Positions 47,462 through 57,130 are shown, numbered from the stretch's first letter. The stretch is DNA of 64,000 nucleotides from a virus (IMGVR_UViG_3300006467_000134:32001-96000), one strand, 5' to 3'. Numbers and translations: made by a program. The notes: generated by a model not told the origin, from the letters alone.

Positions 47462-47979
47462 GATTTAAAGATCCTTCTAATTAGAGGTTTGACTTTGTCT
47501 GCAAAGACGCCGGCAAACTCCCGACGATGTTCGGAAACAACAGGTAGAATGATCGGATAAGCTCGGTTACCATAACTGGTAATACGCCGATAGATACGAA
47601 GGGTAACCTTCTCCAGCTCCTCACCACTTAAACCAAATCGAAAAGCAACCCATCGCTTCAGTGTAGCAAAAGACACGTCGTGTGGGCCAATTCTTTTTCG
47701 TCTAGGTTTAGGTTCGATGTGCATACCATAGTCAACAAAGTATCCAAAATCGACATAGTCTTTTCCGGCTTTTGACTCAGTAGCGTTATAGAGGCTCTGG
47801 GTAAACAGGTGGTCTTTCCAAGGTGGTCGAGGATCTGTCCGTAGGCGTTCTTTAATTCGCTCTACAAACACTTCATCAACTGTCTCTTGGATTGGTTCCA
47901 TGAACTCTGTTGGAAGTTCATTTATTTTCCTAGCTGCTATGACAAGTGCAGTGAACCCTGTTAGTTCAATATCTATCAT
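47458..47979 (-). CDS. Neck/tail completion protein (HK97 gp10-like)
   Basis: T.SL....YG.HIE...LKRWV...G.RAYP.I.P pattern. Confidence 0.65.
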   Translation of the reverse strand: MIDIELTGFTALVIAARKINELPTEFMEPIQETVDEVFVERIKERLRTDPRPPWKDHLFTQSLYNATESKAGKDYVDFGYFVDYGMHIEPKPRRKRIGPHDVSFATLKRWVAFRFGLSGEELEKVTLRIYRRITSYGNRAYPIILPVVSEHRREFAGVFADKVKPLIRRIFKS

Positions 47980-48602
47980 TAGATTCTAGGGTTTGGATCA
48001 TCCATGTCCGCCAATTCTGCCTGGATCGTCGTATGATGCCATAGACCTCTGATGGTCTTTTGGTGCTCATAACGAATGATCTTGTAGTAAATTGAAGGAC
48101 CGGTGAACCGGTAGAAATCGAAACCGTCTGGAAAGTCATTACAATACCGGAAACTGGTAATTGTGTAGTCTGTTCCATCATAGGTTAAGGTATAGTCACT
48201 CTCACCAACAGTAATTTGAGTAGTCCCATTAACCCACTTGGTTCCATCCCAAGTTAGAAGTACATCCCCTCCAGGAGTGGAGATCCACATTTGAGGCCCA
48301 GTATTATCAGGGGCTCCCTGAGGCACTTGAACGTTAGGTAAAGTACCCCAGTCAATACGAACAAAATCACCGTTCTCAATCTTACTTGGGATCGAGGGTC
48401 CGGTGATTAATATCCGTCTCATGAAAGCTGAAGATTCTCCCATCCCTTTAGGGTGGTCGAAGTTTTCAGAGAAGAACCTAAGTTCCCCGACTCTTCCTTG
48501 CACGTTTGCGTGGAGTACTGTGTCCGTTGTCCCCGGCACTATCTGTCCCATCACTACCCGTTCCGACCGCCTCACTAGGTTCAGCCGGTGGATGCTCGTC
48601 AT
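47979..48602 (-). CDS. Head closure/stopper-like protein
   Basis: Position after adaptor; C-terminal YKI.......HH..I; start uncertain (MTSIHR or MGQIVP). Confidence 0.5.
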   Translation of the reverse strand: MTSIHRLNLVRRSERVVMGQIVPGTTDTVLHANVQGRVGELRFFSENFDHPKGMGESSAFMRRILITGPSIPSKIENGDFVRIDWGTLPNVQVPQGAPDNTGPQMWISTPGGDVLLTWDGTKWVNGTTQITVGESDYTLTYDGTDYTITSFRYCNDFPDGFDFYRFTGPSIYYKIIRYEHQKTIRGLWHHTTIQAELADMDDPNPRI

Positions 48603-48783
48603 CCGTGTCGGACTTCTCTTCACTTGCGTCCTCCTCAGACAATATAATAGGAGAGGCATCTGTGTAATGATCAGGCAAAGTAAAATCCTGAAGGTTAATT
48701 TGTTGTCCCTCTGTGAAGAGCAATCGACCTTCTTTTACTCGCACTGATTTACCTGCAGGCACCGTAAAAACTTTTAACACCAT
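48478..48783 (-). CDS. Hypothetical protein with acidic/low-complexity tail
   Basis: 101 aa; overlaps the 5' end of the next gene. Confidence 0.5.
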   Translation of the reverse strand: MVLKVFTVPAGKSVRVKEGRLLFTEGQQINLQDFTLPDHYTDASPIILSEEDASEEKSDTDDEHPPAEPSEAVGTGSDGTDSAGDNGHSTPRKRARKSRGT

Positions 48784-49436
48784 CGTCCACTTCCTCCGTT
48801 ACAATCGTCATCTGAGGCATCACTAATAAAACTGATACCAAACTGGGCAAAAGGATTGATATACGCTTGGATCCTCTCATCGAGTTCTGTAAACCCTGTA
48901 GATCCTCGCAAATTCAACAAAGTGTAGTCTTGTTGATATGACTGACTTGTATCTTCAAAGTCCTCACGAACCAATCGACTTGGACGAAGACCAGAAGAAC
49001 CTGGAGTAATGTATTCCCGGGCTAAAGTAAAGACAATATCTTTGTAGCCAGCAGGCATCGTCTCACCAAATGTCCCGCAGACTCGTACGTCGCGGGTTGG
49101 GAAACAATCATTACAGTACCTAATGTATCTTGGGAAGACTTCGATATAGTCAGTATCAACTGTTTCCCAATCGTCGCAGGAATTGCTGCATTCTCGGATT
49201 TCCACTGACGTTAGAGACGTCAGAGGTTTCTCGGTGACTGGGAAAAGGAACAAGTCTTGTTTGCCTGTACCCAGGACGATAATACATTCAGAAGATGGGC
49301 AGTAATCCTGCCCTGTTAACTTATCAACTAATTCCAAGGCAACGTCCAGTTTTGTTTGAACGTATGCCTCAGAACAGCAGAGCGACTCAGTGTCGCATGA
49401 AAAATAGTCAAGCAAATCAGAAGCTAGTAGACACAT
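48774..49436 (-). CDS. Head-tail adaptor protein
   Basis: LD.A.ELVDKLTGQ.Y, G.G...L.L...PL.SLTSV, FG..MP pattern. Confidence 0.75.
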   Translation of the reverse strand: MCLLASDLLDYFSCDTESLCCSEAYVQTKLDVALELVDKLTGQDYCPSSECIIVLGTGKQDLFLFPVTEKPLTSLTSVEIRECSNSCDDWETVDTDYIEVFPRYIRYCNDCFPTRDVRVCGTFGETMPAGYKDIVFTLAREYITPGSSGLRPSRLVREDFEDTSQSYQQDYTLLNLRGSTGFTELDERIQAYINPFAQFGISFISDASDDDCNGGSGRWC

Positions 49437-49698
49437 AAGATCGCCTCCTCCAAAATCTCTTGAAAAACCGTTTTCTCTGATATGGATCGGGATCTACAGT
49501 ATCTTCATCTTTTGATTCATCTTGCTGACGGTCACGAAATCGTTCCCACCAGGGTTCACGATCCTCACGTTGCTCCTGTCTATCATGTCTCCACTGCTCA
49601 AAGAAATCAATGATCGGTGTAGATCTGTAGTTACAGGATTGCACCAAGAGGATAAGACAGACAAGGATCACAATCGTGAGAATCATGTACGATTTCAT
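49417..49698 (-). CDS. Small membrane protein / possible lipoprotein
   Basis: Hydrophobic N-terminus ending LVQSC; charged C-terminus. Confidence 0.55.
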   Translation of the reverse strand: MKSYMILTIVILVCLILLVQSCNYRSTPIIDFFEQWRHDRQEQREDREPWWERFRDRQQDESKDEDTVDPDPYQRKRFFKRFWRRRSYVSTSF

Positions 49699-50189
49699 TA
49701 GTAGCAGCCATTAGGCCCACATGTGCGAGCTCGGCCACCAAATACACCGCGGAATACTCTCCGTGGTTGGGCTACCTGACGAACAGGAGCCTGGTAGGTT
49801 TGAGCTGGACGGTATGTAGGCTTAGCAACAGGAGCTGCATATCCAGTTACACCACCGTAGCTTACTGGAGGAACAGGAATTCCGTTGATAGCCGTTAGAG
49901 TTTCACCAGGTCGCAAACTAGCAACTGCTTGGTCGTAGTCAGACTGAGCTACGCCAGCCACAACTTGACCAGCCGGTACAGATTGAACCGTAGTGGCTGG
50001 TGCTTCCAGGCCACATTGGCAACGTGCGTCCAAAGCATCAACACGATCTTCCAGATCGTCAACTCGGCCAATCAAAGCCGACAAGGATACGTCATAAAAC
50101 GTGGCGGCAATTGGCTCGCCGTCTTGTACGGGAATAGTTCCCAGTCCGCCCAAAAAGGACAGAGAATAGATCAAAGCATTCTTCAACAT
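49698..50189 (-). CDS. Secreted/membrane protein with coiled coil and C-terminal CGPNGC
   Basis: Signal-like N-terminus; RVDDLEDRVDALDARCQC; ends RTCGPNGCY. Confidence 0.6.
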   Translation of the reverse strand: MLKNALIYSLSFLGGLGTIPVQDGEPIAATFYDVSLSALIGRVDDLEDRVDALDARCQCGLEAPATTVQSVPAGQVVAGVAQSDYDQAVASLRPGETLTAINGIPVPPVSYGGVTGYAAPVAKPTYRPAQTYQAPVRQVAQPRRVFRGVFGGRARTCGPNGCY

Positions 50190-50199
50190 CGAGAATTCC

Positions 50200-51081
50200 T
50201 TACAGGTTTGAGTTTTCGGGGTCTTCTACAGCCCCAGTGATTACGTAAAAGTCGTGATACTTGCGGCATTGGAAAGCGGATTCCATAGTCATCAGACCAA
50301 ATCCGCCTTCTCCCCAACCACTGCCCTGTGGACCATACATTGCATCCTTGGAGGGTCCCCAAGAATTGCACAGGTCGGGGTGTACTAGATCTCGCCCACC
50401 TACCCACTTACCAGCGTGGAAGAATGAGGCATGGTTACCAGGACCGCGGCCTTGAACGGCATAACCGTTTTGTAGACGCATCGAGCTATTTGCAACATGC
50501 CATGCCATGACAATTGGATATTCTCGGGCAATGGCGGTAACAATCGTTTGCTTGAAGCCTTCGTAGTCTTCAGGGACTCGGTAAGGTTCCCAGCCTTTGA
50601 ATCGGTGAGCGGCTGCGTCAGCCTCTCGGCGAATAGCTTCTGGCACTTGGCGTTCGTTGTATACCAGGTGGCCAATTTCACCAGATGGAAGAACGCGAGG
50701 AGCAAATCCTTGGTTCTTCAAAAATGCCATTCCGTCATCCAGCATCGAACCACGATCTTGACCACCATTGATGTGGTAGTACATGTAGTTGTCTGCCAAG
50801 GCTACGTGCTTCTGTCCCGTGATATCACGGTTTCGATACATAGCACCAGCTGCTGCCGAGGTGTTACATTTACCAACAGACGATTGGTTGATCATCCATT
50901 TGGCAAACTTAGTTCGGATTTTCTTGTAATCCTTTGCCTTGATTAGGCGTTCTGCCTCTGATGCGTCAAGCAATTCTGCTTGCGGAAACTCCGCGTAAAC
51001 ACGAGGCAATTCATCAGGAACCAAGTTACCAGTAGACACCAACGTGCCATCAGGTAACTTAAACTGTTCTACTTCTGCCAT
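50200..51081 (-). CDS. Papain-like (C1) cysteine peptidase
   Basis: NQ..VGKC (oxyanion Q and catalytic C), GNHA, CNSWG, WGEGGFG. Confidence 0.85.
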   Translation of the reverse strand: MAEVEQFKLPDGTLVSTGNLVPDELPRVYAEFPQAELLDASEAERLIKAKDYKKIRTKFAKWMINQSSVGKCNTSAAAGAMYRNRDITGQKHVALADNYMYYHINGGQDRGSMLDDGMAFLKNQGFAPRVLPSGEIGHLVYNERQVPEAIRREADAAAHRFKGWEPYRVPEDYEGFKQTIVTAIAREYPIVMAWHVANSSMRLQNGYAVQGRGPGNHASFFHAGKWVGGRDLVHPDLCNSWGPSKDAMYGPQGSGWGEGGFGLMTMESAFQCRKYHDFYVITGAVEDPENSNL

Positions 51082-51647
51082 GACTTAATCACCTCCTCAA
51101 GTTTCGACACAGAGTCGGGAAGAGGAGCGAACTTAACTACCTCTCCACCACGAGTAACATATACGCCAGGAGCTGGCTGTTTAGCCAAATAGGGCTGTGC
51201 TGCTGGCTGTTCATCATCCCACTTTCGGTACTCAGCAAACCCGTACTTTTCCCAGATACCCTGTCCTTCAAGAGGTCGCATGGCATCTACCAAGTCTTGC
51301 TGGGTTACCGTAGTTTCAGAGTCAACAACCAGAACCAAAGTGGCATCTGCAAAGTCGATACCGTCCTTTCGCTCGTCCTGTTGGTCATCCTTCTGGTCGT
51401 CCTGCTGGTCTTCGTCCTGCTTATCGTCCTTGTCGTTGTCATCAATTTGACCTTGGTCATCTTGATTCTGGTCAAATGGCCACAGATCGTTATTATCTGC
51501 GTACCACCCATAACCCAGCAAGGCAATAATAAGGATGATCAGAAAAGTAGGAAAACTGCCTGAACTCTGAGGAACTGGCTGAACTGGTTGTACAGCTTGC
51601 TGTTGTTGCTTTAGCAACTGAGCCAAAATGCTGTTCTGTTCATTCAT
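51069..51647 (-). CDS. Membrane-anchored protein with Asp/Gln-rich linker
   Basis: One TM; DDQQD repeats; C-terminal alpha/beta domain. Confidence 0.6.
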   Translation of the reverse strand: MNEQNSILAQLLKQQQQAVQPVQPVPQSSGSFPTFLIILIIALLGYGWYADNNDLWPFDQNQDDQGQIDDNDKDDKQDEDQQDDQKDDQQDERKDGIDFADATLVLVVDSETTVTQQDLVDAMRPLEGQGIWEKYGFAEYRKWDDEQPAAQPYLAKQPAPGVYVTRGGEVVKFAPLPDSVSKLEEVIKSWQK

Positions 51648-51649
51648 TA

Positions 51650-52183
51650 TTATTCTTCCTCGCAAGTTAGTTGTTGCCCGGTCAGAGCTCCGTAAACTTC
51701 AGCCAATGTAGCACTGTCTTTTTCATGGCTGGCTTTAATCAAAGCAATCTCCAGCAACTGTTGTTGTTCTGCAGTCAATCGTGGCTGTGGTTTAGTTACC
51801 TGCTCCAGGATATCCCGGGCTGTTGGATCCGCGAAGTTTCCTCCAGATGGAGTTACTGTGTCGATTGGATCTTGCTGAGTGAAGTTATCAAACTGCTCAC
51901 GTCCCCAGTTGAAGACATAGCTTACAAAATACCAACCTACTCCACCGACAGTGATAATGAAGTTGATGAATCCAGTTGTCCATTCAACGAATGCCGCGGA
52001 AGGTGCTTCCTGATAAACAGTGACGCCGGCAGCGTTGACAGTTTCGACATCAGGAGGCATTACGGCTGGGAGGGTAAACCACAGGAGTGTTCGAAAGGCG
52101 ATATACCCAATGAACAAACCAAACAGAAGTTTCGCCCAACGATAATCTTCGTCGAGCTTCAAGTCTTTCAAAAAATCAAGCAT
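51650..52183 (-). CDS. Two-TM membrane protein (holin-like candidate)
   Basis: Two hydrophobic helices; start MLDFLK. Confidence 0.5.
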   Translation of the reverse strand: MLDFLKDLKLDEDYRWAKLLFGLFIGYIAFRTLLWFTLPAVMPPDVETVNAAGVTVYQEAPSAAFVEWTTGFINFIITVGGVGWYFVSYVFNWGREQFDNFTQQDPIDTVTPSGGNFADPTARDILEQVTKPQPRLTAEQQQLLEIALIKASHEKDSATLAEVYGALTGQQLTCEEE

Positions 52184-53234
52184 TGCTGTCTTTCCCCGCC
52201 GTATACCAGGCATTCCTGATACCTCTAGGCAGATTCAAATAATGGGACATAAAGAGATCCTTGAAGTCCCCGATGTGGATCTCAACCATCAGGTCCTTCA
52301 CAAGTATCAGATGAACGTCCTCTTCATCATCAACTATCTGAAATCCGTCTAAGTAATCTGGCAATGTGTTGTCAGCGTCGTTTGAGATCTTAACTTTGAT
52401 CTTTCTAGACGTATCCGTTTTGGTGTAGGACTGACAGTGACTTATGCCGAGAAACTCGCAGATTTGGTCGGCTGTAATAGATTCAGCCAGGGCCTTAGAA
52501 ACCGGACAATAGGGTTGTAGACTATGTGTTGGTTGTAGGCCGAGCTCGTCGAAGTTCTCAATCCCGAGAACTGTTGGGTATCTTTGTATTACATTATACC
52601 CTGTATTGGTTAAAATGCAAGAACTTTCTACCCCCAATACTCCAGAAATATGAATAAATCCAGAATCTATCCCCACAAATCTACTACAAGTAGCCAAAAG
52701 CTGGGTTTGTTCAAGTAAATCTTCGGTCCAGTCAGACACCTTGTAGATATGATTTACCTTATCTGTGAACCCATAGTCACCAGAGGTACCCAGGAAATAC
52801 ACATGCCATCCTGCTTTGGAGGCACTATATGCCACTTCGTCCCAAACATTCTTTGGAATGTGCCGATTGGGATTAGTAGCTGTAGTGTGAATCGCTAGGG
52901 TTTGTTGTATTGGATCTACTTGAATTCTAAAACTACCAATACTTGGTTTATTCTGATTGAGCCTTTTTGCAGCCAACTCGTAGTAGTCAAACTTGTACAA
53001 CTTATCGTAGTTCGCCAGAAACATGTCTGATCGAATTACTTTGTCGTACTCTTCATCCAGGTCCAAGTTCTTGAACTCGGGACTGTGTACGTCGAACGTT
53101 TTGTTGACATTAGTCAGTTGAGAAATCAGAGGACGTTGTGCATCTCTGATAGCCACATCTACTAAGTCCTGGCAAGCTCCAATTAAGATAATTGAATCGC
53201 CAATTCCACCATCACAAATGATCAGCTTTTTCAT
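52176..53234 (-). CDS. GT9-family (heptosyltransferase-like) glycosyltransferase
   Basis: GGIGDSII; AIH..AT...R; FVGIDSGFIHISG. Confidence 0.85.
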   Translation of the reverse strand: MKKLIICDGGIGDSIILIGACQDLVDVAIRDAQRPLISQLTNVNKTFDVHSPEFKNLDLDEEYDKVIRSDMFLANYDKLYKFDYYELAAKRLNQNKPSIGSFRIQVDPIQQTLAIHTTATNPNRHIPKNVWDEVAYSASKAGWHVYFLGTSGDYGFTDKVNHIYKVSDWTEDLLEQTQLLATCSRFVGIDSGFIHISGVLGVESSCILTNTGYNVIQRYPTVLGIENFDELGLQPTHSLQPYCPVSKALAESITADQICEFLGISHCQSYTKTDTSRKIKVKISNDADNTLPDYLDGFQIVDDEEDVHLILVKDLMVEIHIGDFKDLFMSHYLNLPRGIRNAWYTAGKDSNA

Positions 53235-53796
53235 GTCGTTCCTTAATCTTTTTAGTGGTTTCCCAACCTAACTTATAAAGCACCCATTCCAACCCATACC
53301 AAATTCTAAGTCCATCTATTACTGGATTAAGATAATTAGTCATTGGACAGAATTTGTAGCCAGCTAAGTGTTTCGGGATCAGCTTTTTCATTGATCGGTG
53401 GTGAAGATCATGTTCCTCGGCGGATTGAAATAATCCTACTCGTTGCATGAACTTTATAGACCAATGAAGCTGTCTTTGAGGAACATGAGACCAGCGATGA
53501 ATTAGATTACCAACACTGGTAAATAGAACCCCTAACCAGAGAATCCTTGGTGCTCCAACCAACCACAGTATAGACGCTAAGGGTACCGCGGCTATTACCG
53601 ATGATTTTATGTTTGTCCAGGGTGTTCCGAGCAGCATGGCTGTTGGCTGACGATGGTGAAGATCGTTGTCCTCGGCTATTGAGTCAAGGAAGCTTAGAGA
53701 ATAATTCCCATCTAAGTAACGATCTTCCCACCAATGAACAGCACCTGAAATGAGATCGGCCAGTAACCAAGCTGCCAGAATCTCAATTAGGATCAT
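53212..53796 (-). CDS. CarF/TMEM189(PEDS1)/FAD4-family membrane lipid desaturase
   Basis: ADLISGAVHWWED, LHHRQP, NLIHRWSH, EHDLHH, FCPMTNYLNP, WYGLE: eight-His pattern of the family. Confidence 0.85.
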   Translation of the reverse strand: MILIEILAAWLLADLISGAVHWWEDRYLDGNYSLSFLDSIAEDNDLHHRQPTAMLLGTPWTNIKSSVIAAVPLASILWLVGAPRILWLGVLFTSVGNLIHRWSHVPQRQLHWSIKFMQRVGLFQSAEEHDLHHRSMKKLIPKHLAGYKFCPMTNYLNPVIDGLRIWYGLEWVLYKLGWETTKKIKERHEKADHL

Positions 53797-54380
53797 GCCT
53801 TCACCAACATCACAATCTCGGCATCAGCCAACACAGCGGTATCTGTTACCAGATACAGGTTTGCCTTGCTATAAAGCATCAGCATTTCTGCGTCAGTAGG
53901 CTCGTAGTGGTTGTTTGTAGTCGTGAAGCTGAACAGTTCCTGAGGATCATTGTAGCTGCCGTCAAAATAGACGGTGATTACATCTCCGTTGAACTCGTCA
54001 GGAGCATAGAAGCTGCCACCATGATATGGTGCGAAGTTCTGTACGTCAGAATCAGTCTCTCCAGATGCAATCGAGAAGATCAACTCTGATCCACCTTGAA
54101 GGCTATCTGTGCTTCCTGCGGTTCCAGAGGCCTTACAGCTACTGATAAACTGCCTAACCAGAGCGTAGGTTAGAGCATCACCTGACCCACTACTAGCTAA
54201 AGCATCGTCGTCGTGAATTGCCTCAGTTCCGCTTCGAAGTGACTGTACAACCCATTTACCGTCCGTAACAAGACGAACTTCTGCTTGTGTGAGGTCGATG
54301 TCTACGGTGTGTCCCGCAGAGTTATTGAAGATCAGGTTACACCCATCAAGGGTGTAACTTTCGTATGAACAACATGCCAT
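53793..54380 (-). CDS. Hypothetical acidic protein (likely structural)
   Basis: 195 aa; AGGAG RBS. Confidence 0.6.
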   Translation of the reverse strand: MACCSYESYTLDGCNLIFNNSAGHTVDIDLTQAEVRLVTDGKWVVQSLRSGTEAIHDDDALASSGSGDALTYALVRQFISSCKASGTAGSTDSLQGGSELIFSIASGETDSDVQNFAPYHGGSFYAPDEFNGDVITVYFDGSYNDPQELFSFTTTNNHYEPTDAEMLMLYSKANLYLVTDTAVLADAEIVMLVKA

Positions 54381-54416
54381 TTACTGGCTCCTATGGATAG
54401 ATTGGTTATTAAGAGA

Positions 54417-56588
54417 CTATGCCCAAGTATGGGAAACGCCCGGAGTTCCAGCTACAACGACCCACAAGGTTGATGTCACCGCTTCCAGAGTCAGGGCCGA
54501 ATTAGCTGCCATCGTGATTGACCCGCCAGTACCGGCAGTTGTCGAATCAGCCCCACCGACTACCTGAACACTTGCTGGCTGGGCAATCGTCACCGTTCCG
54601 CCTGCTGAAATATATTGGTGTCTTTGTCCAACTTCTGCAGTTGTCGGCAACGTGTAGGTCGTTGTACCAGTGGCGGAAATGTACGACTCACCCGGCAGCG
54701 TCGTTTTGTCAGCGTTTCGAACCTGAGTCTTTGGCGTCGACAGTCCTCGATAGAATCCAGACACTCGCCCAGACACATCGTTGTAGGAGTTTTGCAGCGA
54801 CAGGACGTTTCCGCTGGACTTCACGCCATAGCTGCCGTCTTGGTCATCGCCAAGGAACTTAAACCACTCGTAGGGCCTGCTAGGGTTCGACGCGATAGAT
54901 GTATCGTGCGTACTGATCCTGAATCGCTCATTCCCGTTAATGTCAAAGAACTTGAACGCGTTGACGTTTCCTTCTGTGTTCGGATTCGGGAGAAACTGTA
55001 AAACAGAATTAACCTTATCGTATTCTACGGTAAACGCTTTTTCTCGCGTTCCTAGGTTAAGTTTATCGGTGAAAATTTCGGCGTTGGCAATGTCATAAAA
55101 TGAATAGCGGTTAGGTCCAATCATAAGACAAGACAGCTCACTAAGCATCATTGCGGACAAGTAGTCATTTGCAGTATCTGGCAAATGCGTTCCGTCACCT
55201 TCCCAGCTCAAATCTGTTAATGCCGAATACGTCTTAAAATGCCGGTAGGCGTCAAACCAATACAGCCCACGATCCTCAGCATATTGGCGAACAAGTGCGT
55301 TTTCTGCGTATGTGTCGTTCTCAGTTTCGGCCCCTGTGTCTGAACTGTCAGGCGATGTCAGTATCAATACAAATTCAGTGTTCGCCGCAGCAATAACTGC
55401 ATCTAGATAATTTATGAATCCGCCTGTTTCATAGCGGGCAACATTCTCCTTGTTCTCGCAGAACCAAAGCGTTGGACACACGTCTGCCAACATCGCATCA
55501 CGAGTAGAAGTATCCCAGTCCAAATAATCCTCAAAATTCATGCCGCCGCGTTGCATACTGTGTTCAACGAAAGCGTTCTTCGACAGAGCATTGAAGATTA
55601 CCCGAGTTATCCTAACACGACCGCCTGATACGTGGACCGCCTTGATACCTCGTGAGCCGAAATCACTCCTAAGAAGGATTCGACCGTATGTCGTGGTTGG
55701 GTTGTCGCAGTCAATCGACGTGTAGCCTGTGATGTCAGACCATGAACTTGGCGATCCTTCGTCGGTGCTTTCCTGCAACTTGAAGATTCCAGCTCCCGAT
55801 TCCTTCACGTAATAGACAACGATGAAATCGCATTCTGGGTTGTTTCCATTTACGCTATAGGCAGCTTCACCTCCACTACCAATAGAAGTATAGGTTCCAG
55901 CGAAGTTTACTTCGTAGTCGTATTCCTTGCCGCTGGTGCCATCTGCATCCCATGCGTCGCCAGACAGCGACTTAGTTTGAAGGTAAATATCTTTTTCAAA
56001 AGTCGCCGCCCACTTGGCTCGAAATTGGTTGTATACTTTTGGGGCAACACTGTCTCCGGTTGAACCAGTTACAAGCTGTGCCTTTAGCGTGGCAGTGATT
56101 GTCCCTGTTGCCGGTGTGGTTGGCGTTTGGTCGGTGGCCATCTCGCAAGTGAAAGTCGTGCTACTTGGAACCGTCAAGATTCGCCAACCGTTGTTGTAGT
56201 CAGTTTCGTTTGCACCAGAGATCAGCACCGAATCGCCAACAATGAACAGGTGGTCAGTCGCGGTCGTGACAGTCATAGTTGTGCCGGATCGCGTGATACT
56301 CGATACGGAAACTGCAGATTGCGTAGTATTCACAATGTCCAGTTTACGCATAGTACGTTTGAAATTCTTCAAAGGTGCGTTGGCATCTACTAAGAAAGAG
56401 GAGTCTCTAAGAGTTTCTGCAATCTGCTTGAGGTTCTCGTTTAGGAGAATTTTTCCCTCCATAGAGTCAATTGACATCTCTTGTCGAAAGAGTCCCAACA
56501 TCTCATACGCAATACCATGTGACTGCATAAGAGGAGTAGGAGAGGTTGCTCCGGGGGAGGCGTCTGGGTAACGTGTCCAGTCTGACAT
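54417..56588 (-). CDS. Virion fibre/decoration protein with SGNH/GDSL esterase-like domain
   Basis: N-terminal 60 aa paralogous to upstream gene; SITRSG...HLF.VGD.V.ISGA....YN module; TGDSV and DGTH motifs. Confidence 0.7.
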   Translation of the reverse strand: MSDWTRYPDASPGATSPTPLMQSHGIAYEMLGLFRQEMSIDSMEGKILLNENLKQIAETLRDSSFLVDANAPLKNFKRTMRKLDIVNTTQSAVSVSSITRSGTTMTVTTATDHLFIVGDSVLISGANETDYNNGWRILTVPSSTTFTCEMATDQTPTTPATGTITATLKAQLVTGSTGDSVAPKVYNQFRAKWAATFEKDIYLQTKSLSGDAWDADGTSGKEYDYEVNFAGTYTSIGSGGEAAYSVNGNNPECDFIVVYYVKESGAGIFKLQESTDEGSPSSWSDITGYTSIDCDNPTTTYGRILLRSDFGSRGIKAVHVSGGRVRITRVIFNALSKNAFVEHSMQRGGMNFEDYLDWDTSTRDAMLADVCPTLWFCENKENVARYETGGFINYLDAVIAAANTEFVLILTSPDSSDTGAETENDTYAENALVRQYAEDRGLYWFDAYRHFKTYSALTDLSWEGDGTHLPDTANDYLSAMMLSELSCLMIGPNRYSFYDIANAEIFTDKLNLGTREKAFTVEYDKVNSVLQFLPNPNTEGNVNAFKFFDINGNERFRISTHDTSIASNPSRPYEWFKFLGDDQDGSYGVKSSGNVLSLQNSYNDVSGRVSGFYRGLSTPKTQVRNADKTTLPGESYISATGTTTYTLPTTAEVGQRHQYISAGGTVTIAQPASVQVVGGADSTTAGTGGSITMAANSALTLEAVTSTLWVVVAGTPGVSHTWA

Positions 56589-56599
56589 TAGTAATTCCT

Positions 56600-56633
56600 A
56601 AAAACAAAAAGAGAGCCTCTATTACAGAGGCTC
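56600..56633 (-). terminator. Intrinsic terminator after the 155-aa decoration gene
   Basis: gagcctct-5 nt-agaggctc followed on minus strand by tctttttgttttt. Confidence 0.75.
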
Positions 56634-56639
56634 AGTGAC

Positions 56640-57107
56640 TTACGCCAAAATATCCCATTCGCCGGTTGCACCTGCTACCAAAGTAACAGAAGCGTTATCA
56701 GCCAACGAAGCAAGAGTTCCATTGATCGTAGCAGCAGTGGAGACCGTCCACGAGTTACCGGATACGTTGTTGATCCGCAGGATCTTGCCAACATCAGCAG
56801 CAGCTGGGCTGTGCAGAGTCAAAGTTTTGCTCGCACCGGCAGTCAGTCGAATGTAGGTACCAAAGTCAGCGGATACCGTAGTGTAATCATCTGTCTTAGA
56901 TTGAATCGTGAGTTTGAACAAGCTCAGCATCGTCTCAGCGATCTGCTTAAAGTTCTCGTTCAAAAGAATTTTGCCGTTTTCCGAGTCTACCGAGTCTGTC
57001 ATGTTGAACAGAGCCAACATTTCATACGCATATCCATTTGCAGACATGAACGTAGTAGGCGAGGTAGCTTGGGCAGTGGCGTCATCAAAACCGGGCCAAA
57101 CTGGCAT
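56640..57107 (-). CDS. Head decoration/short fibre protein
   Basis: Near capsid gene; SKTDDYT...TLTL...VGK.L.I.N fibre-like C-terminal domain. Confidence 0.65.
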   Translation of the reverse strand: MPVWPGFDDATAQATSPTTFMSANGYAYEMLALFNMTDSVDSENGKILLNENFKQIAETMLSLFKLTIQSKTDDYTTVSADFGTYIRLTAGASKTLTLHSPAAADVGKILRINNVSGNSWTVSTAATINGTLASLADNASVTLVAGATGEWDILA

Positions 57108-57130
57108 AGTAAAGGACCTTTCAAAGTTAA

